64,000 bases of DNA, from NCBI RefSeq assembly GCF_009914755.1, contig NC_060937.1, one strand, 5' to 3'. This document shows, piece by piece, positions 13,341 through 28,590 of this stretch. The position numbers and the translations under genes were made by a program. The notes below the pieces were generated by a model. It worked only from the letters and a program-made list of their open reading frames with translations. It ran no database searches and was not told where the DNA came from. This DNA comes from the human T2T-CHM13v2.0 reference genome, Homo sapiens. Every line of letters begins with the position of its first letter. The stretch's first letter is position 1.

Positions 13341-15229
13341 TCAAAAGTTTTTAATCTTTGTAATTTGCTACAAACCAAAATTATATGAGAGGTGGAAGAA
13401 CACTCAGAATTCTAAAACTCCCACTGCTGACTAAAACATACCACTTTTGTTTTCCACTTTCATCTCAGTCAGGGCATCTGTGCTATTTTAATCTGCCATG
13501 CCTGAATTATCAGGAAAGAGAAACCACTGGTTTCCTACAAACATACTTTATCTTAGTAGGACACTTTCCCTCTAGACTCTCTGTGTGGATATTTTCAAGG
13601 ATTCACAGCGAGACACTGGGTGTGTACGATTGAGGTTATTTAAGATTTTCCCACAATGACTGGCATCCATGTGGAGAGACACCAAATGTCATGCCTCTTC
13701 TTAACCAGTTCTGAGGCGGGGAAGGTAGGGAAGGAAAAGCAGTGCGCCTGGGGAGATGGCATGACAAAAGAGAGAGCCACATTCTGCTTAGGAGCTTATT
13801 GCTTTAAAAGTTCACCTAAGATTGAATTTAAAATTTGCTTTAAGCACCTATAATGAAAGAACATTTTAGATCTTGGGAGAAAAGGTACAAGTGTCCAGCA
13901 TGGAGTGAATCGCTTGGCCCTTTAATATTTAACTTCACTGAAAAAGAAACCTCGTGAAGTCCTCTTAAAAGAACGCAGGGGACTGCACAGGACTTTCTCA
14001 ATTGATGGCATAATGAGAACCATTAGGAAGCTTGACTCCATTTTACATCTTAAATCTCCAAGTCCTCTTTGCAAAAGGAAGCAAACAGTACCTGCTTCCC
14101 AAGTGAGACTTGAGTGGAAAGTCGGCCAAAATGAGACAGTTTTCAGAAAACAAATTTCAGTTAAGTCTCAGGAAGCTACACTACTACTACTTTCTCTATT
14201 CTCCATGCCCTGCTCCTGACAGATGGGAAATACATCAACTACACTCTGGGCAGAGGTAAGTGACACAGAAGATTTCCATAGGTAGTGTTCAGGTCACACC
14301 TTCCTGAACAACTTGTTTTATTAAACTGTTCCTAAGAAGAACCTCTGCCTTCCTGTTGACCTTAAAATCTTCTCAAGAGGATTATAACACAAGATGCTTT
14401 TATATTGTGGTTATTAACAGCTACCATTTATCCCAGAGGCTCAAAACAATAGGATGAGGATTGTTACCAGAAGAATAAGACATAGATTCCTCGGTAATTT
14501 AGCAAATTTCCAGCTGTAGTACTCCTTGCCCAGTAAAATGCTTGGCTAGCCCTTTGGTATTTTACTCCAGGTTCCTCTTCTGTAAAGTCAACCAACACAA
14601 GTGGCCTGACAGTCATGATGGTGACAAGGGATGATGTTCACTTTGATTGTATTTTGGAGGTAAATGCCTGGGCAAAGAATATAAGAAACCACATCCTAGC
14701 AATATGTTGTAATACATAAGTTTCTAAAAACTAAAAAACAACTAAAAGAATGTACATTCCATTGAAATGTACTGGCCCTTGTAGTCTAATGAGAAACGTA
14801 ATAGAAGACAATGAAACAAAAAGTATTTTCTTCAATTAATAACACAACTCAGGAAGAAATGTTAAGAATTAAGGAAAAGGACTCATAAAAAGCAACCAGA
14901 GTTAATTGTTTAAGAAGTGCATATCTAACCCCATCACTTGCCTACTTAGATTGGCACCAAATCCTTAACACAGACTGTTGTAATAGGACAACAGAAGCTA
15001 TTAAAGGGTTTCAAACTGGGAGGGGAGGGAAGCATGCAATCTTCCTACTTCTGTCTTCCTACTTCTAAGACTCAATCCACTTGCCGCTATTTTCTGCTTT
15101 CTCTAGGAAAGCTTCCCACAGCTGACGAGGAAATTAGATTCCCTATAGTATAATCTTGTAGGACTGTATACTTTCTCTTGACACTTATCACACTTAGAAT
15201 TACTTTTTCAATGTTTCTCTTTCTCCTCA

Positions 15230-15575
15230 GACCTGTGATGAGCAATATGGCAGCCACATGTAGCTATTGAGCATTTAAAATGTGCCTAGTTCACATTAAG
15301 ATGTGCTGTAGTGTAAAACACATGCCAGATTTGACAAACTTAGTACATACTGCTACTGAAAAAAAAAATGTGGCCCTGCAGAAACCTTGATTTTAGCCCA
15401 TGAGACCAATTTTAGTCTTCTTAGCTTTAGTAACAGAAGAGAATAAATTTAGGTTGTCTTAAGACACTAGTCTATCGTAATTGTAACAGTAGCAATAGAA
15501 AACTAATAAATGTGGCTTCCAGAAAGATTAAATTACATATATAGATCACATAGTATTTCTATGGAACAGCACTAG
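15230..15575. mobile_element. MER33-like hAT-Charlie MITE interrupted by an MLT1 LTR fragment (~15370-15510), nested in L2
   Basis: 'agccacatgtagctattgagcatttaaaatgtg...gatgtgctgtagtgtaaaacac' and 'aattacatat...tttctatggaacagcact' flank an MLT1 3' end ('gaataaatttaggttg...gcaatagaaaactaata'); L2-like sequence on both sides. Confidence 0.65.
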
Positions 15576-15793
15576 GTTAGATTATAAACTCCATGAGGGC
15601 AGGAAAATGTCTGTTTTCTCAGCTGCTCCATGTTCTGCACCCAGCATGCTTCCTGACACATATAGTCAGTCCAAAATACTGTGGATTAAAGAAAGAAATT
15701 TAAAGAAGGTTTTACCCCCTTTATAATTCGTAATTCAATCACTATTCCAATAAAAAATTATTAAGCGTTTACTATGAACCACACATTGTGTAA

Positions 15794-16206
<413 letters not shown>

Positions 16207-16234
16207 TCAATATTTTCAAACTAGATAGCAGGAC

Positions 16235-16520
16235 CAGTGTCTGGAGAGGGCTGTCTCCACTTCCAAGATGGCACCTTATGGCTGTATTCCCCTAAGGGGA
16301 AGAACACTGTGTCCTCATGTGGCGGAAAAGACAAAAGGGCAAAAGAAAGAAAAGAGGAATTCCCTCCATCAAGCCATTTTATAACAGCACTAACCCATTC
16401 ATGAGAATGAAGCCCTCACAACCCAAAATCCTCCCAAAGGACCCCACTTCACAATACTACTGCTCTGGGGACTCGGTTTCCAACACATGAATTTTGGAGG
16501 AGTCCTCCAGACCACAGCAT
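16235..16520 (-). mobile_element. MaLR LTR fragment (MSTD/MLT1A-like)
   Basis: 'cttccaagatggcacc...tgtgtcctcatgtggcggaa' and 'tttccaacacatgaattttggagg...cagaccacagca' are MaLR motifs. Confidence 0.75.
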
Positions 16521-17299
16521 TAACCATGCAGATTGTAGAAGGAGGAGTATTGCAGACAGAAAGCTCATTTATAGCATCCCTAGATGGCTCTTCAAACTCT
16601 TGGCCTTCTCTATTAACTGACAACTTTCTGCTTCCTTGCCCCTATCCTGATTGACAGTTCTTAGAGAGTAAAGCCTGAATCTTTGAAGTCATAGTCACCA
16701 TAATTACCCAGAGTCACAGAGCCCAAGGAGCAAAAAGCTGTTCAAAATGGGAAACTATATAAAAAAAGGAGAATGGGATCCAGAGGCTTGATCAACTCTA
16801 TGGGCAATCCCACAAAATATGCATGTAATATATAATCAGAGAGAAGAAAGGAAGAAAAAAACTAGGTTTGCTTAGACTTTACCTGACGACACACGACAGC
16901 CATTTGAAACGATCTGGCTTCTAATAAAAATAAGACATAGAGCCCTAAACACAATTTGGGAAGAAAACCAAGAGGTCATCAAAATCACAGGATATACATG
17001 ACAGTGGATAGGGCCACTTGGCTTCTCTTGTGGCTGAGAAAGATTTAAAAACAACCTGGGAATATCAGTGAAATTTATTTCAACTAAGAATTGATGCAAA
17101 CAACTGTACACTAGATAAAAAAGAAGTGGTAATTTGAGGAAAATGTATTATATTTGTGCTCTAGAATAATTTTGTTTATAAAATTTTTTGACACATTTGA
17201 AAACTTTTATCTCTAATTCTTAATAATGAAATGCTAATAATTCATACTTAATATACTTAATGACAAAATTTACCTAATACTTAATATAATGAAATTTAT

Positions 17300-17950
17300 C
17301 CTCAGTTCATGTGTTATCTTCTCAGAAAGGCCTTCCCTTCATAAGTAGCGTCACTCAAGAGGTACAATCAAATCCCCTTGCTTTATTTCCTGCAGATTAT
17401 TATCTGACACTTTTTTGTTCACAATGCATCCACTTTTCTGCTTACATTTGCCTCCTCTCTCTAGAATGTAAGCTCTGTTAGAGCACAGCTGATATGGTCT
17501 TATTCACTGCTTTGTCTGCAACCACCCTTAGCAGAGTGCCAACCCTTAGTAGGTATCTTTGTAGAATGAATCAATGAACACAAAATCAAAATATTATTGC
17601 TTGACTTAATTCCACCTTTGATCTCCTCCCCCAATGATATATAAAACTTTATAACTGGAAAATTTGTTAATTTTATTTCTATTCTAGAAGTCTTACTAGA
17701 TTTAATAGGTATTATAGAGTTAATTAAGCAAGTGGGACCAGAAATCATATTCCTAGATAGGAATTCTTGTTCCTTCATTTTTTTTTTCCTTCTACTTGTG
17801 TGGCCTTGGGTAAGCTACTTAACCTTCTTATGACTTAGTCTCATCATTAAAATCAAGGGATTAATATTAATATTAGCTATGTCATAGGGTTGCTTGAAGA
17901 CTCAAAGTGTAGAGAATAGTGTCTGGGACCTACTAAGCACACATTAAATG
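17300..17950 (+). mobile_element. L2 3' end (~17300-17580) followed by MIR (~17750-17950)
   Basis: 'ctagaatgtaagctc...gtagaatgaatcaatgaa' (L2) and 'tgtgtggccttgggtaagctacttaaccttc' (MIR core). Confidence 0.7.
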
Positions 17951-19876
17951 TAAATTCCATAATGGGTTGAAGTAGTAAATGAGGAAGAATGGTGGCTTAA
18001 CAAAATGTGGGATTTTCTATCCTCTCAAAGAAACAGATGGTTTTAGGAGTAAGTTATCTGTACCCAGAGGTGTTCAAACAGAAATAATTATCCACTTGAT
18101 GGAGATATTAGAAAGAAGATTTATGTATCAGAAATCCAATTACATTAGATAACTTTTAACAGCTCCCTTTCTACTCTTGCAGTGCTAAGCTCCCATTGTG
18201 AACTGAAGCTGAGAAGTACACAGTACACTTCCCAGATGCAAAGACAATGAGCATTTCAGTCTCCAATATCCAGCAGATGCATTTCTACTATTTTCACAAG
18301 GGATTCAGTGTCTTCTCCATACTTGCAGAACTTCCTGTTTATCTTTCACTATCCATGTCTATGTTATTGATCTCCCCATGAGACCACAAGGAATCAGGGT
18401 GGAGGAACATGGGAAATGGAGCACAGGCATTCTGGGAGACAGAACACTGAGAGCTATGCTTGCTCAGAAGGCTCATGGTAAAGAAAATTGAAGGCAAACC
18501 TGAAGGGGAGGAATTGCAAAGACTTTGAGATCTTCAAATAAGTCAAAAACAAAACAAAACAAAAACACTACAATTCTTAATTAGAAAGGAAGAACTTAAA
18601 TTTATCCAAACTCAAAGCAGCCCATATTCTACTGTAAGTGGAGGGATATGACACTGGAAACCAACTGACATCTCCCAAAGTGGTCCTACAGTAGGAAAGA
18701 GTTCAAGGTGTTCTTCCAGATGCCCACCAATACAGCCAGCAAGGAGGGTAGGGGTAGGGTGGTGAGGGCTGTGGAAAGGGGTGCACCCACATGCAAGCAG
18801 ATAGTAATCATGCCTTTTTAAAAAAGAAGAGAGACCTGAAAAATCTAAATCCAGGTGCAGACTTGAGAATGAGAATGAGTCAATGGGCTTCTACATGTAC
18901 ATCATCAGAACATTATCTGGGATATTCATGTCCTTGACCTGTACAAAAAATTCCAAAACACCTGCTATACCAGAAAAGATCAGTTAAATGACATTCTACT
19001 TTAATATTTATGTTAACTGGGTTTTATCATATTCACATTGTCTAAAAATTAGCAATTTATGTGTACAAAGTTAGTTGACACTCAGCCATTTGGGGTTTTT
19101 TTGTAAACAGTGGACACTTTTGTCGCCAACAAGTAATGTTACGTAGCATTCACAGACATAGTATGACTTAATTCTCACCAGTCGTAAATTTGGAGCAGCT
19201 TCTCTGTGAGGTATTTTCAAGTGCCGACCAGAATAGCTGCACTAAGAACAGTTCTTGTATGCTCAGGTGAATACCTAAAAATACACACTTATTCTTCTTT
19301 CTACAGCAGTGAAAGCCATTTTCACCTCCCCTACAAAAGACTTTGATGTCAGTGTGTGTCAGCCTCAGTTAAGCTGTTGCAAATCCTATATACACATTTG
19401 GGGCAGTTCTTTCAAATTCTGATGAGCTAGCCAAAAATTGCTTCAAAAATGTTACAGTCCTTCCTCACTGTTTGCACGCAATTATTGGTAAGCTCATTCT
19501 GAGTTCAAAGAACTTCAAAGTTTATTTTTATAGGTAAGGTTACAGCCTCTCTTAATAGAATTCTCATTTTGTACTGTATGTACAGAAATTTGCTTGAGTC
19601 TTTAGAAGTTTATTTTAGAAACTTGAGAAGTTTTAAATTTACACATATGTTATTTAGTAAGTCATATTTAAATTCAAGAACTTGTCAATTTAATATAGTT
19701 TGTCCTTTAGGAGATTAATTGAAGCAGGTGGTAATGAAAGTTAGGACCTTGTGTTGAAATATGATAGATGAATTTATTTTAAGGCTATTGGAAGAGCTAG
19801 TTTATTTGCTATACCTTGTATTCTCTTATACCTAAACATAGAGCAAAATGGAGAGATACTCAGGTATCTGACCTAA

Positions 19877-20208
<332 letters not shown>

Positions 20209-21344
20209 CACTACCTGATTCTTAATGGCTTCCTCTGGCATCAATATTTCATCAGTTTTATTCCATCCCCAAGGAGGAAAAGTCCATTTCTTACATATAC
20301 AATTAAAAATCATTTTCTAAAAAGCTTAAGTCTTAGCACAAGACAAAGAATTATCATACAAGTGACACAAAAAAGTTTTAAAAACATTTTCCAAACATCA
20401 GCGGTTATTGATTACGAGTGATACTTTCCCTACTCTCCTAGTGGGTATTTTTGATTGTCAAAATGAGCTGGAAGACTCTGTTGGCCTTTACTGTGCAGAG
20501 GAGCCAGGGATGCAAAACCTCCTGTAATGCACATGGCAGCCATGAACAATAAAGGACTGTGCCAACCAAAATGTCAACATGGGGATACAAGAGAAAAATA
20601 CAGAAACCAATTAATAGCAGGAATTATTTACCTCTTTCCATTTGTGATCAATCAAGTAGATTTAAAAAAAGGAACTATACAGAGTATCCAAATAACCTAA
20701 CTAAAATGGTAAATCATATATAGTATGTTCTACATGCATGTATATATCATATCTGCACCCTGGAAACACAGAACACACCTTCTTTTCCAATATCTACAAA
20801 ACAGGCACAAAATTTGAAAATCTATTATGCCACAAATAAAACATCAATAAATTCCCCAAAAAAGAAAAGTATAGAAAACATTCTTGTATCATGATACAAT
20901 AAAACTATCAATATCTAACAAAACTAGAAAAAATATGTCTTATCTTCTGAAAATTTTAAACTTCCCTCATAATTTTGAGGTCAAGGAAGAAAAAAATTAA
21001 TAACATGCAGAAAATAACTTTTAAAAAAAATCCACAGGATAGCTAAAGTCATGCTGAAAGGAAAATTCATAGATTTAAACAGTTGATTAATAAACATGAA
21101 ATAATAAAAACTAAATTAAACATTCCATCCAGGGAGTTAAAGGAAACAAAACTACAGAAAGCAGAAAAAGTAATAAATATACAGAAATATAAATTAACTG
21201 AAAGTGTCTTATTTATTTTCAATAAATAAATTGAGAAGCTGGTACCTAATTAGTTCACCAAATCAAGGGGGATAATGAAGGAGGCTAAAACAATTACACA
21301 AAATAAAAATAATAAGAGCCAGATAATACCAACATGGAAGACAT

Positions 21345-21567
21345 TTTATTTCTTTTTCTTTTTTTTTGGAGACAGGGTCTCACTCTGTCACCCAGGCTGG
21401 AGTGCAGTGATGCCATCATGGCTCACTGCACACTCAACCTCCCAGGCTCATGGGTTGCTCCCACCTCAGCCTCCTAAGCAGCTGGAACTACAGGCGCACA
21501 CCACCACACCCAGCTAATTTTTAAATTTTCTTGGAAGAGACGGGGTCTTGCTATGTTGCCTAGGCTA
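21345..21567 (-). mobile_element. 5'-truncated AluJ
   Basis: 'gagacagggtctcactctgtcacccagg...tcttgctatgttgcctaggct'; flanks AAGACATTTT / AAGACCTTTT. Confidence 0.9.
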
Positions 21568-21764
21568 AAGACCTTTTTAAAAATTATAATTGATTCCTTT
21601 GCTCAACTCTGTGCAAATAATTTCAAAACATGGATAAAGGAGATAATTTTCTAGAAATTATTGTATGTCAACCTACTTCCAGAAGAGAGAGAAATATTAC
21701 ACTAATTATCACACAAATAAAGAAGATTGTTAGAGTTATCCCCCAAACTGGACACACATGCACA

Positions 21765-21808
21765 GACAGACAGACAGACACACACACACACACGCACGCA
21801 CACACACA
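21765..21808. repeat. (CAGA)n(CA)n microsatellite
   Basis: Read directly. Confidence 0.85.
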
Positions 21809-23732
21809 GCCTAGATGGTTTCATAGCACAACTTGCCAAACCTTTCAAATAACAAAAAATTCCAATGCCATTTAAACTCCTTCAAAGCATAAGGGAAGAA
21901 AAGACTAGGACAGTTTCCAAGTTCTTTTTACAAAGCAATAGTAACATTGATACCAAAACTTGACAGATTGTACCAAAAAGAAAATTATGGAGCAAACTCA
22001 TCTTGGAATAGCAATGCTAAAATTCTAAATTAAATATTGACAAATAGAATCCAACAGCAATTAAAGTAATACATCATGACTGAGTGAAATTTATTTTATT
22101 CAGGAATGTAAAATAAATTTTTTAAAAAGACCAAAAACTTAGAAATAAATCTATCAACACCAAATTACTCATTATGGCATTCAAAGCCTTTTATAGATGA
22201 CACAGTTTTCTCTTCCACATTAATCCCACTATTTCAATGACAGTCAAACACTATTACTCACTTTTTCTTGTACTTATGCTATTTCCTATCCCTTAACCTC
22301 CGCTAATTTTGTATCTATGTTTGGAATGCCATCTGTCTAAACTTCCTCCCAGTTCTAAATATCCTATCTACCCATAAAACCCAATCTAAATATTAACTCA
22401 AAAAAGCTTATTTGATTCTCCCTACAGACACCTTTCTTCTGCTGAACAACCAAAATGCTATCTTTCTTGCAGCACTCATTATATATTTTTTAAAAACATC
22501 AGGTCTTCTATTGTCATCAAGTAAACACTTGTTATTTTCAGCCATGTATTACAGATATTTGTGTAAAGGCTCTACATCTCCTATCAGATATAAACTTTTC
22601 TTTTTTTTTTTTTAGGGTAAGGGCCATGTCTTATGTACCTTTGTATTCTAATCACTCCAAGCACAAATCTTTCCATACTTAAACATTTTGACGCACGAGC
22701 ACAAAAAAACCCAGATTGTAAAAGCAAACTGAAGACTTGCGAAGAATAGTTTCCCCTTAAAATGTAACTGCATGTGCACAGGATGAAGAGTTAGAATCTG
22801 AAAATCAGCTGGGCACTAGCCATGCCTGCCCTGCTACCTTTCCATAGCCAGAATCACAGCAGCATGAACTGCACTCAAGCTCCAGACCAAGAAACTCTAA
22901 TTACCTTCAGCGAGCAAGTAAACTGACAGTAACAGCTATTGCAGGAGGCAAAAGCAGCTACAACCTTCAATTCCAGGCACGGAGGTGGGAATAAGGAAAG
23001 AAGTCGGGATGGAACTGTTGGTTTCATTAGGTTGTTGGTTTGGAAGCAAGTATTTCACAAACACACCCATCCCCCCACTATACACATCCATCCGCTTCAT
23101 ATTTTCATTTCTCATAATGCCAAAATATTAACTTGTGTTCTAATATTTCAGGGAAGATGTATAAGCTAGTGAGAGTCATAATGTCGAGTTTCAAAATGCA
23201 TGTATAATTTGTTATGCGTGGCAGGGTGAACAGTCCTATCAGAAATGCACCTGAAGGTTTGCTAGGAACAGAATATTAAACAGAGCAGAGACTATGGGAT
23301 CTAACGTGATAAACTGACATTAGGTTAGAACAGTACAAAAATGCCACATTCCAACCACTGTTGATACACTTCTGGAGAAGTGGACTTTCAATATAAAGCA
23401 GTTATTCTAGGTGCAATTTTAATAGCAATGAAATACAATGAAATGACAAATCTCTGGTTCATTCTGAATACAAGAGTTCCTGCTTATTTTGAGACCATGT
23501 GAATCAAAGAAGTCGACATCACCAGCACTTTGCTTGTAGGCTAATCTAGTAGTGACTTTTGATTTCCTGCTCCCCCTGTTGATCCATCCATCCACAGCTT
23601 TAAGACCAGCCTGACTACAATCATTCTTCATGTCACCAAAATCTCCATCCGCAGGCAAGAAGGAGATACCCAGCTGTCCCAGTTTGTTACCCCATCGCAA
23701 GCACAAACTGGGATCACTTTCTCCACCCCAAC

Positions 23733-24221
23733 TGTGGTAGGCTGAATAAAGGCCTCCCAAAGATGTGAACGTCCTAATCCCCATAATCTTTGAATATGCT
23801 ATCTCATAAGGCAAAAAGGATTATGCAGATGTGATTAGGTTACAGATCTTGAGATGGGGAGATTATCCTGGATGATCCTATGGACTCTATGTAATCACAA
23901 GGGTCCTATAAAGAGGGAGGCAGAAAAATCAGTGTTACAGTGGCTTAATGTGAGAAAGACTTGACTGGCAATTGCAAGTTTTGAAGATGGAAGGGGGCCA
24001 TGAAGCAAAGAATGTGAACAGCCTTTAGGAGCTAGAAGAGGAAAGAAAAGGTTCTGCCCTAGAAGATTGGGAGGCAGGGCAGCCCTGCTGACACCTTAAT
24101 TCAGCCCATTGAAACCGGTTTCAGACTTCTGACTTCCAGAATTGTAAGATAACATATTTATATTGCTTTAAGGCACTATATTGGTGGCAATTTGTTACAG
24201 CAGTAATAGGAAATTTAGACA
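23733..24221 (+). mobile_element. MLT1 (MLT1D-like) solo LTR
   Basis: TG...CA ends; 'tgtggtaggctgaataa...cccaaagatg', 'cttgagatggggagattatcctggat', 'tttgttacagcagtaataggaaa'. Confidence 0.85.
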
Positions 24222-24345
24222 GACAATTCTGTTCTTGGTCTATAGCACCACCTCAAAGCATCCTTATTCATTGATCGCTCACAGTTAACCACCCTGCCAC
24301 TTGACTTGCCAAGACCTATTGATTCTGTCTCCTAAATTCTTTTAA

Positions 24346-24652
<307 letters not shown>

Positions 24653-24659
24653 AAGTTTT

Positions 24660-24828
24660 GTTTTATTTTTATTAACAAACTAATAACAATTGTTTATATT
24701 TATGGGTTACAATGTGATGTTTTGATACATGTATACATTGTGAAATGATCAAATCAGGCTAATTAGAATATGTATCATCTGAAATATTTATCATTTCTTT
24801 ACGGTGAGAATGTGTAAAAGCCTATCTT
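24660..24828 (-). mobile_element. L1MA 3'-terminal fragment
   Basis: 'tatatttatgggttacaatgtgatgttttgatacatgtatacattgtgaaatgatcaaatcaggctaattag' is the L1MA 3' end; TCCTAAA flanks the Alu+L1 unit. Confidence 0.8.
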
Positions 24829-25477
24829 TTCCTAAAGTGTCTATGTTCCATCCATCTTTCCTTGTCTCCACAGCTACTCTCTGAGAGAAAACTTCAGCCT
24901 GTGGCTCCTTACTGTTCTCTCTACGTCTGCTCAGGCCACTCCCTTCGCCAACCCCAAGCTGGGCAGGCCATTCACCAAACTGCCCCAGAGGGTCTTTCTA
25001 AGACATAAATCTGAAATATCTCAAGACAAATGGCTTGCCATTGACAGCAGAATGAAAATCACCTTTCTTTACCTGATAAAATATCTTTCACAGTTTGACA
25101 CCTACCTAGGCATCCAACTGTAATGTCTGCTTCCTGGTCAAACTTGCTGCTTGACCAGCATGACATTCATACCTGGTGCTTCAACATGACTCTGTGCCTT
25201 TGTCTGCTGTTCTCTCACTGCTCCTCTAACTGACAAACCCCTAAATATCTTTCAGTACTAAACCAACTGTGTTGGCGGGCTCTTGACAGTGAGCTCCTTG
25301 AGGGCTGGGACCTCTCTTCATCTCTTTGTCTGCAGTGGCTAGCTGAGGCCTCCCTCTGAATGAAGAGGAGGGGGCAAGACTTCCTTTCTCATAACCGCTA
25401 GCCTACCTTCTTTCCTGCCACATTAGCTTACTTTTACTTTCAGCTCATATTTGGCTTTGGAATTACTTTCAGAATTA

Positions 25478-25860
<383 letters not shown>

Positions 25861-26109
25861 AAGAAATAGTAAAAGAACAATCAGCTCTGATATCCTGGCC
25901 ACTTCATCTAATGCTAAGACCTTCACTTTAAAAGATAGATTTAGGGTAAGAAGCACTTGTCAGTCTCAATTTTGCTCCAGATGAGGACCCACGCAAAACT
26001 ACTTCTATGCTTTCCTTTCTTGGTTATAAAGAATTCCACTTTCTTTCAATTTTCAGCATAGATAAGTTTTTTACTTTCAAATCATCCATTACTTTTCTCT
26101 GGCCCATCT

Positions 26110-26295
26110 CCAATTTCCTAATATTGTGTTTAAAATATGGAGCTCAAAATTAGGCTCTAACATAGACCTTATCAATGGTGAACACAGTGAGTAAATTTCA
26201 TGGTTCTTGTGTACTACATACATTCTGGTTAATGCAATCCCAGATCATGTTCACCTTCTTGATAACAGCCCTATATTGCTGACACATATCCCTGA
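26110..26295 (-). mobile_element. L3/CR1 fragment
   Basis: 'ttaatgcaatcccagatcatgttcaccttcttgataacagccctatattgctgacacatat' resembles the L3 antisense consensus; very diverged. Confidence 0.45.
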
Positions 26296-28294
26296 CAGGT
26301 GAGAATGGCTTTTTACCTATAGAGTACTTACATGTCAATTCCAATCTTTATGATGGCTAGGATAGTCTATCAGTATATTTTTTCTGGAATAATAAAAACA
26401 TCACCTATTGCAAAGAGCTGTCTAATGCACTGACAGTATAGCTCATCTTGACTTGATGTTCCACTTCATAATTGGAACCATTAGACTGAAATCAGAGCTT
26501 CTGAAAATTCTCTGAGTTTTATTTTTAAACATGTTATATATTTATGTGGGTACATAACAATTTCATTCAAAGTAAAAATAAATACAGTTATTCTTCAACT
26601 ATTAGTTGATACAACTTCACTTTAGAAGCCATAAATATCAGAAACAATGATTTAGATAAACCATGTGGAAATAGTTTTAGGAGGTATCCTCCAATTCCAT
26701 TTATGGAATTCTCTTTGCATTTTCCAAAAAAAAAAAATCTATAACAGGAAAGACAGTTGAAGGCAGAGACTGCATTTTAAGTTATCTGCCTTTCTAACAA
26801 AGCAATGGAAAGGGAGACCCAAATTATGCTTCTGAAGTGAAACGGGATAAGCTTAGCAAAAAATTTCATCTCTAATTAACTCCTTAAAAAATTTCAGTCC
26901 AGATTAAGTATATTTCTGTTAATTAACATATACAGTTAATTTCATTTTCTCATATTGACCTAGTAAAATTAAAGCATACAAATACATCTAAAATTTTTTG
27001 ACATACTTTCATGACAGATTGAACATTATCTTATTAAAACAAAATGTATAGATAAGTGCTTTGGAGTGAAAACATCTGGATCATAGTCTTAGTGCATTCA
27101 ATCACTATAAGATCAAAAAAGTCACATTACTCTTTAAAATCTCCATTTCTTTTACATGATAATGACAATCAGTAATCGTCATAACGCTTACAACAATCTA
27201 CTTTTTCCCTCTGATGTGAGTGTGGCTGAGAAATCCATATAACCCTTAAAAAAATAATGAATAAGATTAAAATACAACCCTGTAATGTGGACCAGTATGA
27301 TCTCTAAAATACAATCTGACACTTCAATATAGGGAAGTTGAGGTTGGAATTTGAAGTTGAAAGTCCTACTGGAGCCTCATTCCCATACCTCCTAGACATA
27401 TGGCCTCTGAGCCGTGGTTTCCTCATTACTGTGTCAGATAGACTACACTAGTTTCAAGTTTTTGTTCTTGGAGGTGAAATTCTGCTCAGATCCTCAATAA
27501 ACAAATGATGAAAACAGGGCTGCTCTGGTGATGCCAATGTGGCAGATGTGGGGCACTTCGCATCCTAACCCTTCATTCTATGGCCCCAGCAAAAGTTGCA
27601 TGGAACAAAATTTTAAAACCAATGGAAGAGATTTAGATATGATTGTTTTCAATTATCAAGTCTTGGTGTCTCTTAACCATATGCACTTGCCAGAGGTGGG
27701 GTGAGGGAGAAGTGGTATTTTAATGGCAAAGAGCACTGGTACAGATTTGGACTTCTAATCCTTGGTAGGCTAAATATTCAGGAAAGCTCTCCTTTCATAA
27801 AACATTTGCATGATGGATAAACAGCTAACTTACAGATAAACACATTGCTGAGCTCTCCAGAAAACAAGGGAAGCTAACAAAAGATGAAACCTACAAACTA
27901 AAACAAGAATGCTAAGCAAACCCTGAAGTTGGGCCTTCCATGCAGGAAAAAAATGACCAAACCAGGTACCCAGAGCTTTGGACATTAATGGAAAAAAAAA
28001 AAAAAAAAAAAAAAAGCAAAGGGTCTGCAGAAAGTAGTGCTGTTAAGTCTGAGACCCTAAATTCAACGGGTACTAGAAACAACCTCACCCTCAGTGAAAG
28101 AGAGCACCAAAAGCCAATAGCCTGTTGCAGAGGAAACAGATAGGAAGCCTACCTGTCCCTGCCTACTCTCAGGATAAATATAGCAAGAAAATAATTGTCT
28201 CCCCTCAGAATCTACAACAGAAGACCAGATCTCAGATGGTGTGAAGTTTATATTACTTGGGGTGTCAGGAAAACTCTAGGCCAAATAATAACTA

Positions 28295-28590
28295 TTATCA
28301 AGATAGGGTGTCACTCTGTCACCCAGGCTAAATTGCAATGACACAATCATAGCTCACTCAGCCTTGAAACCCTGGGCTCAAGCAATTCTCCCACCTCAAC
28401 CTCCAAGTAGCCTATACTTGGACTATAGGCGAATGCCACTATGCCCAACTAATTTTTTATTTTTCATTTTTTTGGAGAGATGCAGTCTCACTATGTTGCC
28501 CAGTTTAGTCTTGAACTCCAGGCCTCAAGCAATCATCCCATCTTGTCCCCAGTGCACTGGGATCACAGGCATGAGCCACCATGCCTGGCC
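28295..28590 (-). mobile_element. AluJ with eroded tail
   Basis: Antisense Alu body; AGGCCAAATAAT at 28278-28289 and 28592-28603. Confidence 0.9.

Larger units (their letters stand above)
20620..22130 (+). mobile_element. Old L1M (L1ME-like) ORF2 fragment, interrupted by an Alu and a (CA)n repeat
   Basis: Decayed ORF2 motifs 'cctagatggtttcatagc', 'gataccaaaacttgacaga', 'attgacaaatagaatccaacagc'. Confidence 0.7.

Noticed and set aside
23419-23814. 131-aa minus-strand ORF that looks protein-like
   Set aside because: It starts inside the MLT1 LTR at a non-ATG codon and continues into degenerate sequence; no recognisable domain or flanking splice sites.
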